From contig JAVJQW010000048.1 of the NCBI GenBank assembly GCA_040218735.1, positions 32,001-96,000 of the forward strand: a stretch of 64,000 nt of DNA, in the 5' to 3' direction. The translations under genes and the position numbers were made by a program. This stretch comes from Deltaproteobacteria bacterium (GTDB lineage Bacteria; Myxococcota; Kuafuiibacteriia; Kuafuiibacteriales; Kuafuiibacteriaceae). The notes under the pieces are model-generated. The model ran no database searches. It was not told the origin of the DNA and was given only the letters and a program-made list of their open reading frames with translations. The first letter of the stretch is position 1. Each line of letters opens with the position of its first letter. This document shows positions 19,350 to 29,119 of the stretch, one piece after another.

Positions 19350-20021
19350 TCAGACCGCTGCGACCCGCTGTGCCGACTCGTCCTCGCCTCCGAGGATCTC
19401 CAGGACGTCGCGTGCCGCGATCACGCGGCCGCAGGTCCGCGACACCTGCCGGAGCGCGGTCTCGTGGTCCGCGCGTGAGAAGTCGGCGATGGCGTCGCCA
19501 ACGAGGAACGGTTGTACGTCGCGCATGAACCCATCGACGGCGGTCGCGAGGCAGCCGATGTGTCCGTAGACGCCGGTGATGATGAGTTGGTCGCGCCCGA
19601 GCTCGTCGAGGAGGTTCTCCATACGTGTCTCGAAGAACGCGCTGTAGCGGCGCTTCTCGACGACGTGTTCGTTCGAGCGAGGTCCGGCGGCGAGACCGAC
19701 CTGAGCGGTGTCCGGGAACTCGACGATCCCCGTCCCCCAAAGGTCCCACAGCAGACCGCGTTCGCTGCGACTCTGCTCACCGGGCTGCACCGAAAAGAGG
19801 ACGGGGACCCCGGCACGTTCACAGGCGTCGCGAAGCGCTCCGATCGACCGCAACACCGGCGCGAGTGGAGGCGCCGCCCGGTCGTACGGCGCGAGGAAGT
19901 ACGACTGCATGTCGTGGATCAGGAGCGCAGAGCGCGAACGATCCAGCGTCCACTGAGCGCGCGACGCAGGCCACGTGTCTTCGGGCGGGAGTGCGTAGGA
20001 TGGGATCGTCGGGATGGGCAT
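19350..20021 (-). CDS. dhbB: Stand-alone isochorismatase (MxcF/EntB/DhbB N-terminal domain, no ArCP)
   Basis: Starts MPIPTIPSYALP at 20021. LLIHDMQSYF, RGLLWDLWG, KRRYSAF and TGVYGHIGCLATA. Ends at 223 aa without a GxDS carrier domain. Confidence 0.9.
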   Translation of the reverse strand: MPIPTIPSYALPPEDTWPASRAQWTLDRSRSALLIHDMQSYFLAPYDRAAPPLAPVLRSIGALRDACERAGVPVLFSVQPGEQSRSERGLLWDLWGTGIVEFPDTAQVGLAAGPRSNEHVVEKRRYSAFFETRMENLLDELGRDQLIITGVYGHIGCLATAVDGFMRDVQPFLVGDAIADFSRADHETALRQVSRTCGRVIAARDVLEILGGEDESAQRVAAV

Positions 20022-20025
20022 CGGA

Positions 20026-21348
20026 TCAGACCTCGTCTTGGGTGGAGTCGTGGGAGCGCGCGCGCCGGAGCGCGCTGCGGACCGTGGTGAGCTTGGCGTG
20101 CACTTCGCGGACCTCGTCGCGCGCGATGGAGCCAGCGACGATCCCCGCGCCTGCGTAGAGCCGGGCGACGCCGTCCTGGAGCGCCGCACATCGGATCGCG
20201 ACGACCCACTCGCCGTCTCCGCTCGCGTCGACCCAGCCGAGGGTCCCGGTAAAGAAGCCGCGGTCGAAGCGCTCCGAATCTTCGATCCACCTGCGCGCGG
20301 CATCCGCCGGGACGCCGCACACGGCCGGCGTCGGGTGGAGCGCGAGCGCGAGCTGGAGCGCCGACACCTCGGGGGATGCGAGCTCGCCCTCGATTCGGCT
20401 CTCGAGGTGCCAGACGGTCGGTGTCGCGACGACCCGAGGTGGTTCGATCGAAACGTCGCGCGCCAACGGACGGAGCGCCGCCGCGATCGCATCGACGACG
20501 TACCGATGCTCGCGTAGATCCTTGGCAGAGCGCTCGAGCCGCGCGGCGCGATCTCGATCCTCGATATCATCCCGTGACCTCGGCGCGGTGCCCGCGAGCG
20601 GGCGGCTCACGAAGCGACGCCCTCTACGCGCGACGAGGAGCTCCGGGCTCGCCCCCAGAAGATGTCGGGTCCCTCCGAGCGCGGCGTGAAAGACGTAGGC
20701 ATCCCCGTTCTCGGTGCGGAGCGCCTCCAGGATGTCTTGCGCTCGCAGCGGTCCGAGCTCTTCGTCCCGCGCGAGCGCGAGGACGACCTTGTCGAGTGCA
20801 CCCGTCGCGATGGCCTCGAGCGCACGCTCCACCGAGGCGGCGAAGACGGGATCGTCGTCGACGAGCCGCTCGGGGGCGCATCGAGGAACGGTCTGGGCAC
20901 TCGCGCTGTCTTCGACGGTGAACGACGTCGGGCACCGCAGATCGACACGCGCGTCCTGCGCGAACGGTAGCGCACCCACGGCGATGCCCCCGGTGGCCGC
21001 GAGGTGGCGTTCGAGCTTCGGCCGCCAGACGAGGTGGTCCGCGAGCACGTCGTCGAATCGTTGGCCGTCGCTCTGTGCGAGGACGGTGTGTTCCGGGCCG
21101 ACCAACGAGAACGTCGGTGCTTCGCGCCCGATCCCGAGCGCGCGCGCGAAGCCTTCCAGCGTCGGCGCCTCCGCGAGATCCATGAACGTCACGTCGCTCC
21201 CGTGTGCGCGGAGCTGTTCGACGAGCGTCATGAGTCGCAGAGAGTCCAACCCCCAATCGAGCAGCCACGTATCGGGACCGACGCCGTCCGCGTCGATCTC
21301 GAGGAGGGCCGCGACCTCGTTGGTCAGCGTCTCGAACGTCATCGTCAT
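20026..21348 (-). CDS. dhbC: Aryl carrier protein fused N-terminally to isochorismate synthase (MxcD/EntC/DhbC)
   Basis: aa 1-72: LLDWGLDSLRLMTLVE...FMDLAEAPTL (EntB-type ArCP). Remainder: KVVLA, GASPELL, PLAGT, KDLREH, LHPTPAVCG and YAGAGIV. Confidence 0.9.
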   Translation of the reverse strand: MTMTFETLTNEVAALLEIDADGVGPDTWLLDWGLDSLRLMTLVEQLRAHGSDVTFMDLAEAPTLEGFARALGIGREAPTFSLVGPEHTVLAQSDGQRFDDVLADHLVWRPKLERHLAATGGIAVGALPFAQDARVDLRCPTSFTVEDSASAQTVPRCAPERLVDDDPVFAASVERALEAIATGALDKVVLALARDEELGPLRAQDILEALRTENGDAYVFHAALGGTRHLLGASPELLVARRGRRFVSRPLAGTAPRSRDDIEDRDRAARLERSAKDLREHRYVVDAIAAALRPLARDVSIEPPRVVATPTVWHLESRIEGELASPEVSALQLALALHPTPAVCGVPADAARRWIEDSERFDRGFFTGTLGWVDASGDGEWVVAIRCAALQDGVARLYAGAGIVAGSIARDEVREVHAKLTTVRSALRRARSHDSTQDEV

Positions 21349-22955
21349 CGCGCACCTCGGTGGAGGGACTCGGCGAGCTGCTTCTTGTCGATCTTCCCGA
21401 CCTTGGTCTTGGGGAGCGTCGGCAACAGCTCGACGCGGTCGGGGAGTTTGAACGTGGCGATACCTCGATCCTCGAGGTGCCGGAGGACATCCTTGCGCGT
21501 GAGCGCGTGTTTCGGATGAGCGACGACCGCGGCGCAGATGCGTTCGCCGAGCAAGTTGTCTTGCACGCCGACGACGGCGGCGTCGACGATGCCCTCGTGG
21601 GCGAGGAGGTGATGCTCGAGCTCGAGGGGGGCGATCTTCTCGCCGCCGCGGTTGATCTGTTCCTTCGCGCGCCCCTCGACGACGAGGTCACCGTCGGCGG
21701 TGCGGCGTACGAGATCGCCGGTGCGGTAGAAGCCGTCGGCCGTGAAGGCGGTCGCGTTGTGCTCGGTGGCGTCGTAGTAGCCACGAATAGTGTAAGGCCC
21801 ACGCGTGAGGAGATGACCGACGTCCCCTTCGGCGACGTCGTGATCTTCGTCGTCGACGATCCGCACCTCGTCGCCGGGCGCCATCGGACGACCTTGGGTT
21901 CCGAGGATTCGTTCGAGTGGATCGTCGAGTCGGGTGTAGCAGACCAACCCCTCCGCCATCCCGAAGACCTGTTGCACCTCGCACTCGAAACCGGACCGGA
22001 TCGCCGCCGCAGCGTCGGCGTCGAGCCGCGCGCCGCCGATCTGGAGGAGTCGCAGCGAGGGGAAACGAACGCGCCGTGTCCGGGCGGCGAGGAGCCAGAG
22101 GCGAGCCAGCGGAGGGACCGCGGCGGCGACGTTGATCGATTCGCGTTGGATCAACGGGAACACGACGTCGGGTTGAGGTTGCGGGCTCAGCACGATGCGC
22201 GCGCCCGCGTGGATGCACCCGAGGATGCCCGGGGAGCTCATGGGGAAGTTGTGGGCTGCGGGGAGGGCGACGAGGTACCGAACCGACGCGTCGAAGCCAC
22301 ACACCCGTACGCTCTGCTCGACGCTGTAGCGGTAGTCGTCGTGGGTGCGTGGAATCAGCTTCGGCGTGCCCGTGCTCCCGCCGGAGAGCTGCAGGAGCGC
22401 GACCTCGGACGCATCGACGGGGCGTCGGTCACGAGGTGCCTCGTCGAGGTTCTCGTACGCATCATGTTCTTGCGGTTCGCCGACGACGATCGTCACGAGG
22501 CGACGTCCCAGCGCGGCTTCGACTTCGCGTGCGAGCGCTCGATAGTCGAAGCCGAGCACCTCGTCCGCGACGACATACGCCTTGGCGTCGGTGTGCCGGC
22601 AGAAGTACGTGATCTCGGAGCGTCGGTGCCCCGGTAGCGCCATCACCGGTATCGCGCCCAGGCGAAACAGCGCGAAGATCGTCTCGATGAGCTCGAGGAC
22701 GTTGGGGAGCTGAACCACGACGCGGTCGCGCGCCGTGATCCCCAAGCGCTCGAAACCGGACGCCTTCCGATCCACGCGATCGTCCAGCTCTCGGTAAGTG
22801 ACACGCCGTTCGCCGCAGACGACCGCGACGTGGTCCGCGAGCTGCTCTGCGGCCGAGCGCAACAGGTGATCGAGAGGTCGCCCGCTCCACCAACCTTCTG
22901 AGCGGTAGCGAACAGCGACCTCTGCTGGCCAGGCGACGAAGCCCGCGACGCTCAC
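21345..22955 (-). CDS. dhbE: 2,3-dihydroxybenzoate-AMP ligase (MxcE/EntE/DhbE)
   Basis: LQLSGGSTGTPKLIPRTHDDY, AHNFPMSSPG, QQVFGMAEGL, YRTGD and INRGGEKI. Confidence 0.94.
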   Translation of the reverse strand: MSVAGFVAWPAEVAVRYRSEGWWSGRPLDHLLRSAAEQLADHVAVVCGERRVTYRELDDRVDRKASGFERLGITARDRVVVQLPNVLELIETIFALFRLGAIPVMALPGHRRSEITYFCRHTDAKAYVVADEVLGFDYRALAREVEAALGRRLVTIVVGEPQEHDAYENLDEAPRDRRPVDASEVALLQLSGGSTGTPKLIPRTHDDYRYSVEQSVRVCGFDASVRYLVALPAAHNFPMSSPGILGCIHAGARIVLSPQPQPDVVFPLIQRESINVAAAVPPLARLWLLAARTRRVRFPSLRLLQIGGARLDADAAAAIRSGFECEVQQVFGMAEGLVCYTRLDDPLERILGTQGRPMAPGDEVRIVDDEDHDVAEGDVGHLLTRGPYTIRGYYDATEHNATAFTADGFYRTGDLVRRTADGDLVVEGRAKEQINRGGEKIAPLELEHHLLAHEGIVDAAVVGVQDNLLGERICAAVVAHPKHALTRKDVLRHLEDRGIATFKLPDRVELLPTLPKTKVGKIDKKQLAESLHRGAR

Positions 22956-23749
22956 GCGACCTCCGCCGAGATTGGCTCGTGGTGGTCGTGGTCGACGACG
23001 CCGCGTTTCCAGTGACCCGATGCATGCACACGCGATGGGGGGATGCCGCGGTCGGCGACGAAGTGGCGGTACGTCGAGCGGACGTCGTGGGCTTCGCCCG
23101 CGATCCAGATGAAGCCGTCACCGGCGGGGAGAGCGACCGAGCGGACGCGGGTGCGGAGCTCCTCGGCACACGTGACCCACTCGAGGTCGAGATCGTCGCG
23201 GTCGGGGACTGGATAGATGCGAGGCTCGGCGACGTAGAAGATCGCCAACACCTTTGCGTCGCCGAGAGACTCGATGCGTCGCGCCATCTCGGGGAGCGCG
23301 GTCTCGTCTCCGATGAACAGGTGCCAGTCGAAGTCGCGTTGCAGCACAAAGGACCCGCGCGGACCGGCGAGCCCGAGCGGGGCTCCGACCTTCGCCGACG
23401 CCGCCCACCGTGACGCGACGCCTTCGCCGTGGAGGAAGAAGTCGATGTCGAGCTCGCCGTCGTCGAACCTTCGCGGGGTGTAGTCGCGGGATATCGGCGT
23501 CCCTGACGGCGGTGGTTCGAGGAAGCCGCTCGCGCCCACCCGAGGGAGCACGGGTTCGCGCTCGCCGGGCACTGGGAAGAACAGTTTGACGTGGTCTTCC
23601 GGCGCGAGCGTGACGAACCCGTCGAGGGCGGGCCCCCCGAGCGTCACACGTGCGAACCGCGAGTGGAGGCGCTGGGTTCGGACGACCGTCAGGCGCCGTA
23701 CGATCAACGGGTGCCGGACGAGACGGAACGACGCGCGGTCCTGACTCAT
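22952..23749 (-). CDS. mxcB: Siderophore-interacting protein, FAD-binding ferric reductase (MxcB/ViuB/YqjH)
   Basis: DHVKLFFP, RDYTPR, HGEGVASRWA, GPRGS, GDETALP and WIAGE. ATG 23749 overlaps the mxcL stop. Confidence 0.9.
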   Translation of the reverse strand: MSQDRASFRLVRHPLIVRRLTVVRTQRLHSRFARVTLGGPALDGFVTLAPEDHVKLFFPVPGEREPVLPRVGASGFLEPPPSGTPISRDYTPRRFDDGELDIDFFLHGEGVASRWAASAKVGAPLGLAGPRGSFVLQRDFDWHLFIGDETALPEMARRIESLGDAKVLAIFYVAEPRIYPVPDRDDLDLEWVTCAEELRTRVRSVALPAGDGFIWIAGEAHDVRSTYRHFVADRGIPPSRVHASGHWKRGVVDHDHHEPISAEVA

Positions 23750-25011
23750 CGCGGCTCGGCCCCGGCGAAGCACCCAGCCTCGACCATCGTCTCGAGCGAA
23801 CGTTCAGCGGCCTCGATCGCGGCATCGATCTGCGCCTCCGTGTGGGCGGCACAGATGAAGTTCAGGTCGCGGCGCAGCAGGAAGCCGCGCTCCGCCATGA
23901 GCGCGACGAACTCTCGGGCGAGCGGTGCGTGACGATCCGGCGCGCGGTCGAAGAGGAAGAAGGGGAGGCAGTCGTAGCCGACGACGACGAGCGGTGTACC
24001 CAGGCGTCGCGATGCCTCGTCGACGCCCTGCGCCAGCCGGCGCCCCAGGCGCGCGATGTCGTCGACGTAGGCGGTGTCGCGGTAGACCCGCAGGGCGGCG
24101 ACACACGCGGCGAGCGACAACGTCTCCCCGCCGAACGTCGTCGAGACCTGAAGCTGCTCCATCGGCTCCAGCGCGGACCGCGGGCCCGCGACCGCCGACA
24201 GCGGTAGTCCTGCGGCGAGCGCCTTCGAGAAACACGCGAAGTCCGGCGCGACGTCGAAGTGTTGCTGCGCACCGCCTACGGCGAGGCGGAAGCCGGTGAC
24301 GATCTCGTCGAACACCAGCAGGACCCCAGCGCGGGTGCAGGCCTCGCGCAGCGCCACGAGGAACGGACGTTCGACGCGACGGTTGTACGGGAGCGAGAGG
24401 AGCACGACCGCGGTGTCGTCGGCGCCCGCTGCGACCGCCTCGAGGATCGGCGCCTCGTCGGCGGGGGTGAAGAGGGGCATTCGCCGGGTCAGCGGCGTCA
24501 GCGCCGCCGGAACGCCGGGCGTGTCGAACATGAAGTGGTCGTGCCAACCGTTGTAGCCGACCGTGATGATCCGGTCCTTCTTCGTCGTCGCGCGTGCGAG
24601 GCGCACCGCCGCGGACGTGGCGTCCGCACCCGTCTTGAAGAACCGCGCCATTTCAGCGCCGGGGATCAACTCGACGAGCGCATCCGCCGCCTGCAGCTCG
24701 AGCTCGACGGGCAGCGAGTGCAGAAAGCCGCGGTCCATCACCTCCTGCACGGCGGCGAGCACCTGCGGGTGACCATGTCCCAGCGACGTCGCACCGAGCC
24801 CGCACACGAAGTCGACGTAGCGGTGGCCATCGACGTCCTCGACCTCCGCGCCGCGACCGCTCGCGAGGTAGGCGGGGAATCGCCCCGGCGCGAAGACCTC
24901 CGGGCGCTTCATCATCGAGAACGTCAGGCCCGGGATGCGCTCGCGGGCCCGCGCGAGGAGGGCCTCCGAGCGCGGGAATCGGCTGGGCCCCGGGGCATCT
25001 ACCGCGCTCAC
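23746..25011 (-). CDS. mxcL: Class III aminotransferase, myxochelin B biosynthesis transaminase
   Basis: IPGLTFSMMKRPE, RFFKTGADATSAAVRLAR, YNGWHD, FDEIVTGFR, FSKALA (PLP Lys) and VSTTFGGE; cluster context. Confidence 0.88.
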   Translation of the reverse strand: MSAVDAPGPSRFPRSEALLARARERIPGLTFSMMKRPEVFAPGRFPAYLASGRGAEVEDVDGHRYVDFVCGLGATSLGHGHPQVLAAVQEVMDRGFLHSLPVELELQAADALVELIPGAEMARFFKTGADATSAAVRLARATTKKDRIITVGYNGWHDHFMFDTPGVPAALTPLTRRMPLFTPADEAPILEAVAAGADDTAVVLLSLPYNRRVERPFLVALREACTRAGVLLVFDEIVTGFRLAVGGAQQHFDVAPDFACFSKALAAGLPLSAVAGPRSALEPMEQLQVSTTFGGETLSLAACVAALRVYRDTAYVDDIARLGRRLAQGVDEASRRLGTPLVVVGYDCLPFFLFDRAPDRHAPLAREFVALMAERGFLLRRDLNFICAAHTEAQIDAAIEAAERSLETMVEAGCFAGAEPR

Positions 25012-25101
25012 TGGGGGCGCTCCGTAGGTGCATTGGTGCGATCGACACGCGTTAATGCCATCGGGATGGGTTCATAGATCTCCTGATGGAGCTACCGCAA
25101 G

Positions 25102-25142
25102 ATCTTTTTGCGATTGACTCGCAATTTCAAAATGAATAGGCC
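25102..25142. promoter_or_regulatory. Divergent sigma70 promoters for the mxcL operon and mxcG, with a 17-bp palindromic Fur-type operator TTGCGATTGACTCGCAA (25108-25124)
   Basis: Minus strand: TTGAAA-N17-AAAGAT, where the N17 is exactly the palindrome. Plus strand: TTGACT (25114-25119)-N17-TAGGCC. AT-rich island. Confidence 0.7.
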
Positions 25143-25153
25143 TCCGCCCCACG

Positions 25154-28100
25154 ATGGCGGGCGGCGAACATCTTCGGGCGGCGGAGCTCGGGTTGTGGCT
25201 CGGGCACCAGCGCACCGCGGACCCGTCGATCTACAACGCCGCCGAGTGCCTCGTATTCGAAGGCGCGTTCGAGCCCGACGTGTTCGAGGCGGCGCTCGCG
25301 GCGACCGTCGCCGAGGCCGACGCGCTCGCCTTCTGTGTCGGTGTCGATGGCGGGCGGCCCCGTCGCGTCGACGCTGCTCGGCCCCTCGACTTGGAGCGCG
25401 CCGATCCGGTCGCGGATGTCGCCGCGTTGATCGCGTACGGCGAAGCCGAGGTGCGCCGACCGTTCGCGCTCGAATCGGCTCCGCTCTTTCGGCACACCCT
25501 CGTCCCGCTCGCGGACGGGCGGTACGCCTGGCTGCACGTCGCCCACCACCTTCTGCTCGACGGCTACGGCTTCAACCTGATCGCTCGTCGTGTCGCGCAG
25601 CGCTACACCGCGCTCCGGCGGGGCGAGCACCTCTCCGCCGGGGCGTTCACACCCATCGGCCCGGTCGTCGCTCACGACACAGCGTACGCGGGCTCCGACG
25701 ACATCGAACGCGACCGAGCCTACTGGCACCGCGTACTCCAAGGGCGCCGAGGGGTCGCGTTGGGCCACCGCACCGAACCCGCCCACGCGCTACGCCGTCG
25801 AACTTCCGTCGAGCTCGGACCGCTCGAGCGCGACGCGAAGTCGGCCGGCGTAGCGTGGACCGAGCTCCTCCTCGCGCGGCTCTCTCGTCACTTCGGTGAA
25901 GACCACACCGAGCTCGTACTGGGGCTGCCGGTGATGCTTCGCCTCGGCACCCCTGCGGCCAAGACACCCTGCACCGCGATGAACATCGCGCCGCTCCCGG
26001 TCGAGCCCAACGCTGGGACCACCGCCGAGGTCGCGCGCGCCGTGCGTGCGTCGCTCGCCGAACAACGTCGACACCAGCGCTATCGCTACGAAGACCTGCG
26101 TGCCGAGTTGCCGCAAGGGTCGCGCCTCTTCGGGCCCGTCATCAACATCATGCCGTTCGATTTTCCGGTGCGGTTCGATGGGATCGGCGTCGAGTCGATC
26201 GGCATCGCGGCGGGGCCCGTCGAGGACCTCGCGTTGTCGTTCGCGCCGCGCGCGGGGCTTTTGCACCTTACCCTCGACGCCCACCCTTCGTTGTTCGACG
26301 CCGATGCCGTCGAGCACCTCATCCGGGAGGTGGCCGAGTCGACCGGACCACGACAACGGAGACGGTCGAGCGGGGGCCGCGCACCCGCGTGCGCTGCCGT
26401 TCATCGACACGCACGAGAACGCCCGGCCGCGATCGCGGTCGTCGACGGAGGTCGCGCGTGGACCTACGCAGAGCTCGATCGCGCGGCGCGGGGGTGCGCG
26501 GCCATGCTGCGCGCGTACGGGGTGGGGCCGGGCGCGGTCGTCGCGATGGAGCTCGGGCGCGACGTTCGTTCGATCGTCGCACTGCTCGGTGTTCGCTACT
26601 TGGGTGCTGCCTACCTCGCGCTGGATCCGGCGCAGCCCGAAGCACGAAGGCAGGACTATCTCGAACGCGCCGACCCGAAGGTGTTCCTGCACACGTCGTC
26701 TGCTTCGACGGTGTCGTGCACGTCCGTCGTCGTCGACGAGGCGATGCTCGCGCGGTGGGGTGAGGACGAAGGTGGCGGCCCCTTCATGACGACCGCGCGA
26801 CACGAGCCTGCGTACGTCGTGTTCACCTCGGGTTCGAGCGGCACGCCGAAGGGCGTGGAGGTGAGCGGGCACGCGCTCGCATCGTTCGTCGACGCCGTGC
26901 GCTCCGTCTACGCGCTTCGACCTGGCGACCGCGTCCTCCAGTTCGCTTCGCTCGCCTTCGACGCGAGCGTCGAAGAAGTCTTCGCGACGTTCGACGCGGG
27001 CGCGACACTCGTACTCCGGCCCGATGACATGCTCGAGTCGATTCCGCAGTTCATTCGGCGGTGCGCGCAACTCGAGTTGACGGTCCTCGACCTGCCGACC
27101 GCGTTCTGGCACGAGCTCACGCACGCCGAGTCGTTCTCGCTGCCGACTACCGTGCGCCTCACGATCATCGGGGGCGAGGCGGCCCTCCTCGATCGCGTCC
27201 GGCGCTTCGTCGAGCGCGCGCCGCACGTGCGTCTCCTCAACACGTATGGCCCGAGCGAAGCGACGGTCGTCGCGACCTACGCGGAGCTCACCGCGCTCGA
27301 CGACGAAGTCCCCATCGGACAGCCGCTCCCCGGCGTCGATGTCCTCCTTCGCGACGTCGAGGATGGTGTCGGAGAGATCTACATCGCCGGCCCGACGCTC
27401 GCGTCCGGCTACCTCGGGCGAGCCGGTTCCAGTGCGTTCTGCGAGATCGAGGGGATCGGCCGGGTGTACCGCACCAAGGACCGTGCGCGACGCAACGCCC
27501 GCGGCGAGCTCGTCTTCGTGGGGCGGGTCGACGACGAGCTGAAGATCGCCGGACACCGCGTTGCGCCGGCGGAGGTCGAAGCCGCTCTTGCGAAACACCC
27601 TTCGGTCCGCGCCAGCGCCGTCACGAGCACGTCCGGGATCCTGACGGCGTACGTCGAATCGGACGCGGACGTGCGCGTGCTGCGCGCGCACGTCGCCTCT
27701 CTGCTCCCGGCACCGATGGTGCCCGCCCGCATCGAACGCGTCGATACGCTCCCGATCGGCGTCAGCGGGAAGATCGACCGCGCTGCGCTCCGTGTCGAAG
27801 CCGAGCTCGACGCGTCGCAGGCGCGGGTGATCGACGTTTGGGCGGAGCTCTTGGGGCACCGCCGCATCGCGCTCGACGACGACTTCTTCGCCCTCGGTGG
27901 CCACAGCCTCCTGGTGCTCGCGCTCGCGAACCGATTGAGCACACCCGCGCTGGAGCTCGACGCCGGCACGGTGTTCGCCAACCCGACGCCCCGTCGGCAA
28001 GCCGCGCTCCTCGATGGGGTGGCGCTCGAGCGAGAGCACTTCACCCCGACTCCGGTCGAGCTCCACATCGAGCCCGGCCCCCGTTGCAGCAGCGGCCGCA

Positions 28101-29119
28101 CCCTCCTCACGGGCGCCACCGGATACCTGGGTGTCGAGCTCCTCGCCGCGTGCCTCGAGCGACAGCCGGTGGTGTGTGTCGTCCGCGGTCCGAACGCCGC
28201 GGAGCGTCTCGCACGGCATGTGGCTCACCACGGAGCTTCGGTCGACGCGTCGCCGTTGGAGATCGTCGAAGCCGACCTCGTCGACTCCAGCCTCGAGCTG
28301 CCCGCGTGCGATCGCATCGTGCACGCCGCGGCCGAGGTCAGCTTGGTGCGCGACTACACGAGCCTCTTCGACGCCAACGTCGTCGCGACGGCTCGGTTGC
28401 TCGAGCGTGCTGCACGCTGGGGTGCGGAGCTGCACCTCGTATCGACCGTGGCCGTGGTGCCTCGTGACGTGTCGGCCGAGGAGGTCTTCTTCGACGCGCA
28501 CGCCGGGCTCGTCGATGGGTATCAGCGCTCGAAGTGGCATGCGGAGGCGCTCGCGGAGGAGGCCTCCCGACGTGGAGTCCGTGTTGCGGTTCATCGTCTC
28601 GGCCGGATCGTCGGAGCGCTGCGTGGGCCGGTCATGAACCCCGCCGACCTCGTCTGGCGGATCGTTCGCGCGTCGGTGCGGATCGGCGCTTGGCCGATCT
28701 TCGCGTGGTCCGAGCCGTGGCTCCCGTCCGACGTCGCCGCCGAGGCGATCGTGCGCCTCGCGGAGGTCGGCGCCGCCGCGACACCTGCGCGTTACGTTCA
28801 CGTGCTGCCGAGGGAGGACGTCGCGATGGATTCGATCCACGCCGCGCTCGTCCAGCTCGGACATCACCTTCCTCGCATCGAGCCGCCCGCGTGGCTCGTG
28901 CGGCTCGCCACGAGCGAGCACGACGAAGACCGCGCTACGCATGCGGTCCTCTCCGGCGCGGGTCCGCTCCCTGCCGATCCCAAAGTGATGTCACGCGAGG
29001 TCTTCCACGCGTGCCTCACGGACTTCGTAACACCTCAGGTCGACGGTGATTTGCTAGCGACCCTTTGCGCCCGCGCGCTGAACGACGTGGGCACCCCGGT
29101 TCGGAAGGACACCCAATGA
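25154..29119 (+). CDS. mxcG: Myxochelin NRPS MxcG (C-A-PCP-R)
   Basis: C: HHLLLDG. A: FTSGSSGTPKG, FDASVEE, NTYGPSEATVVAT. PCP: GGHSL. R: TGATGYLG, YQRSK. A-domain pocket read by eye is consistent with the Lys-type DAEDIGTVVK. Confidence 0.9.
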   Translation: MAGGEHLRAAELGLWLGHQRTADPSIYNAAECLVFEGAFEPDVFEAALAATVAEADALAFCVGVDGGRPRRVDAARPLDLERADPVADVAALIAYGEAEVRRPFALESAPLFRHTLVPLADGRYAWLHVAHHLLLDGYGFNLIARRVAQRYTALRRGEHLSAGAFTPIGPVVAHDTAYAGSDDIERDRAYWHRVLQGRRGVALGHRTEPAHALRRRTSVELGPLERDAKSAGVAWTELLLARLSRHFGEDHTELVLGLPVMLRLGTPAAKTPCTAMNIAPLPVEPNAGTTAEVARAVRASLAEQRRHQRYRYEDLRAELPQGSRLFGPVINIMPFDFPVRFDGIGVESIGIAAGPVEDLALSFAPRAGLLHLTLDAHPSLFDADAVEHLIREVAESTGPRQRRRSSGGRAPACAAVHRHARERPAAIAVVDGGRAWTYAELDRAARGCAAMLRAYGVGPGAVVAMELGRDVRSIVALLGVRYLGAAYLALDPAQPEARRQDYLERADPKVFLHTSSASTVSCTSVVVDEAMLARWGEDEGGGPFMTTARHEPAYVVFTSGSSGTPKGVEVSGHALASFVDAVRSVYALRPGDRVLQFASLAFDASVEEVFATFDAGATLVLRPDDMLESIPQFIRRCAQLELTVLDLPTAFWHELTHAESFSLPTTVRLTIIGGEAALLDRVRRFVERAPHVRLLNTYGPSEATVVATYAELTALDDEVPIGQPLPGVDVLLRDVEDGVGEIYIAGPTLASGYLGRAGSSAFCEIEGIGRVYRTKDRARRNARGELVFVGRVDDELKIAGHRVAPAEVEAALAKHPSVRASAVTSTSGILTAYVESDADVRVLRAHVASLLPAPMVPARIERVDTLPIGVSGKIDRAALRVEAELDASQARVIDVWAELLGHRRIALDDDFFALGGHSLLVLALANRLSTPALELDAGTVFANPTPRRQAALLDGVALEREHFTPTPVELHIEPGPRCSSGRTLLTGATGYLGVELLAACLERQPVVCVVRGPNAAERLARHVAHHGASVDASPLEIVEADLVDSSLELPACDRIVHAAAEVSLVRDYTSLFDANVVATARLLERAARWGAELHLVSTVAVVPRDVSAEEVFFDAHAGLVDGYQRSKWHAEALAEEASRRGVRVAVHRLGRIVGALRGPVMNPADLVWRIVRASVRIGAWPIFAWSEPWLPSDVAAEAIVRLAEVGAAATPARYVHVLPREDVAMDSIHAALVQLGHHLPRIEPPAWLVRLATSEHDEDRATHAVLSGAGPLPADPKVMSREVFHACLTDFVTPQVDGDLLATLCARALNDVGTPVRKDTQ

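Noticed and set aside
26335-26410. Possible frameshift in the atypical MxcG C-A linker (GPRQRRRSSGGRAP)
   Set aside because: The frame stays open and the alternative frames give no more NRPS-like sequence; treated as a divergent linker.
25790-28942. Very long antisense or alternative-frame ORFs (also 8813-10942, 46770-49244, 58493-61105, 38080-39717)
   Set aside because: Shadow ORFs expected in high-GC DNA. They overlap well-supported genes and have R/A/G-rich, motif-less translations.
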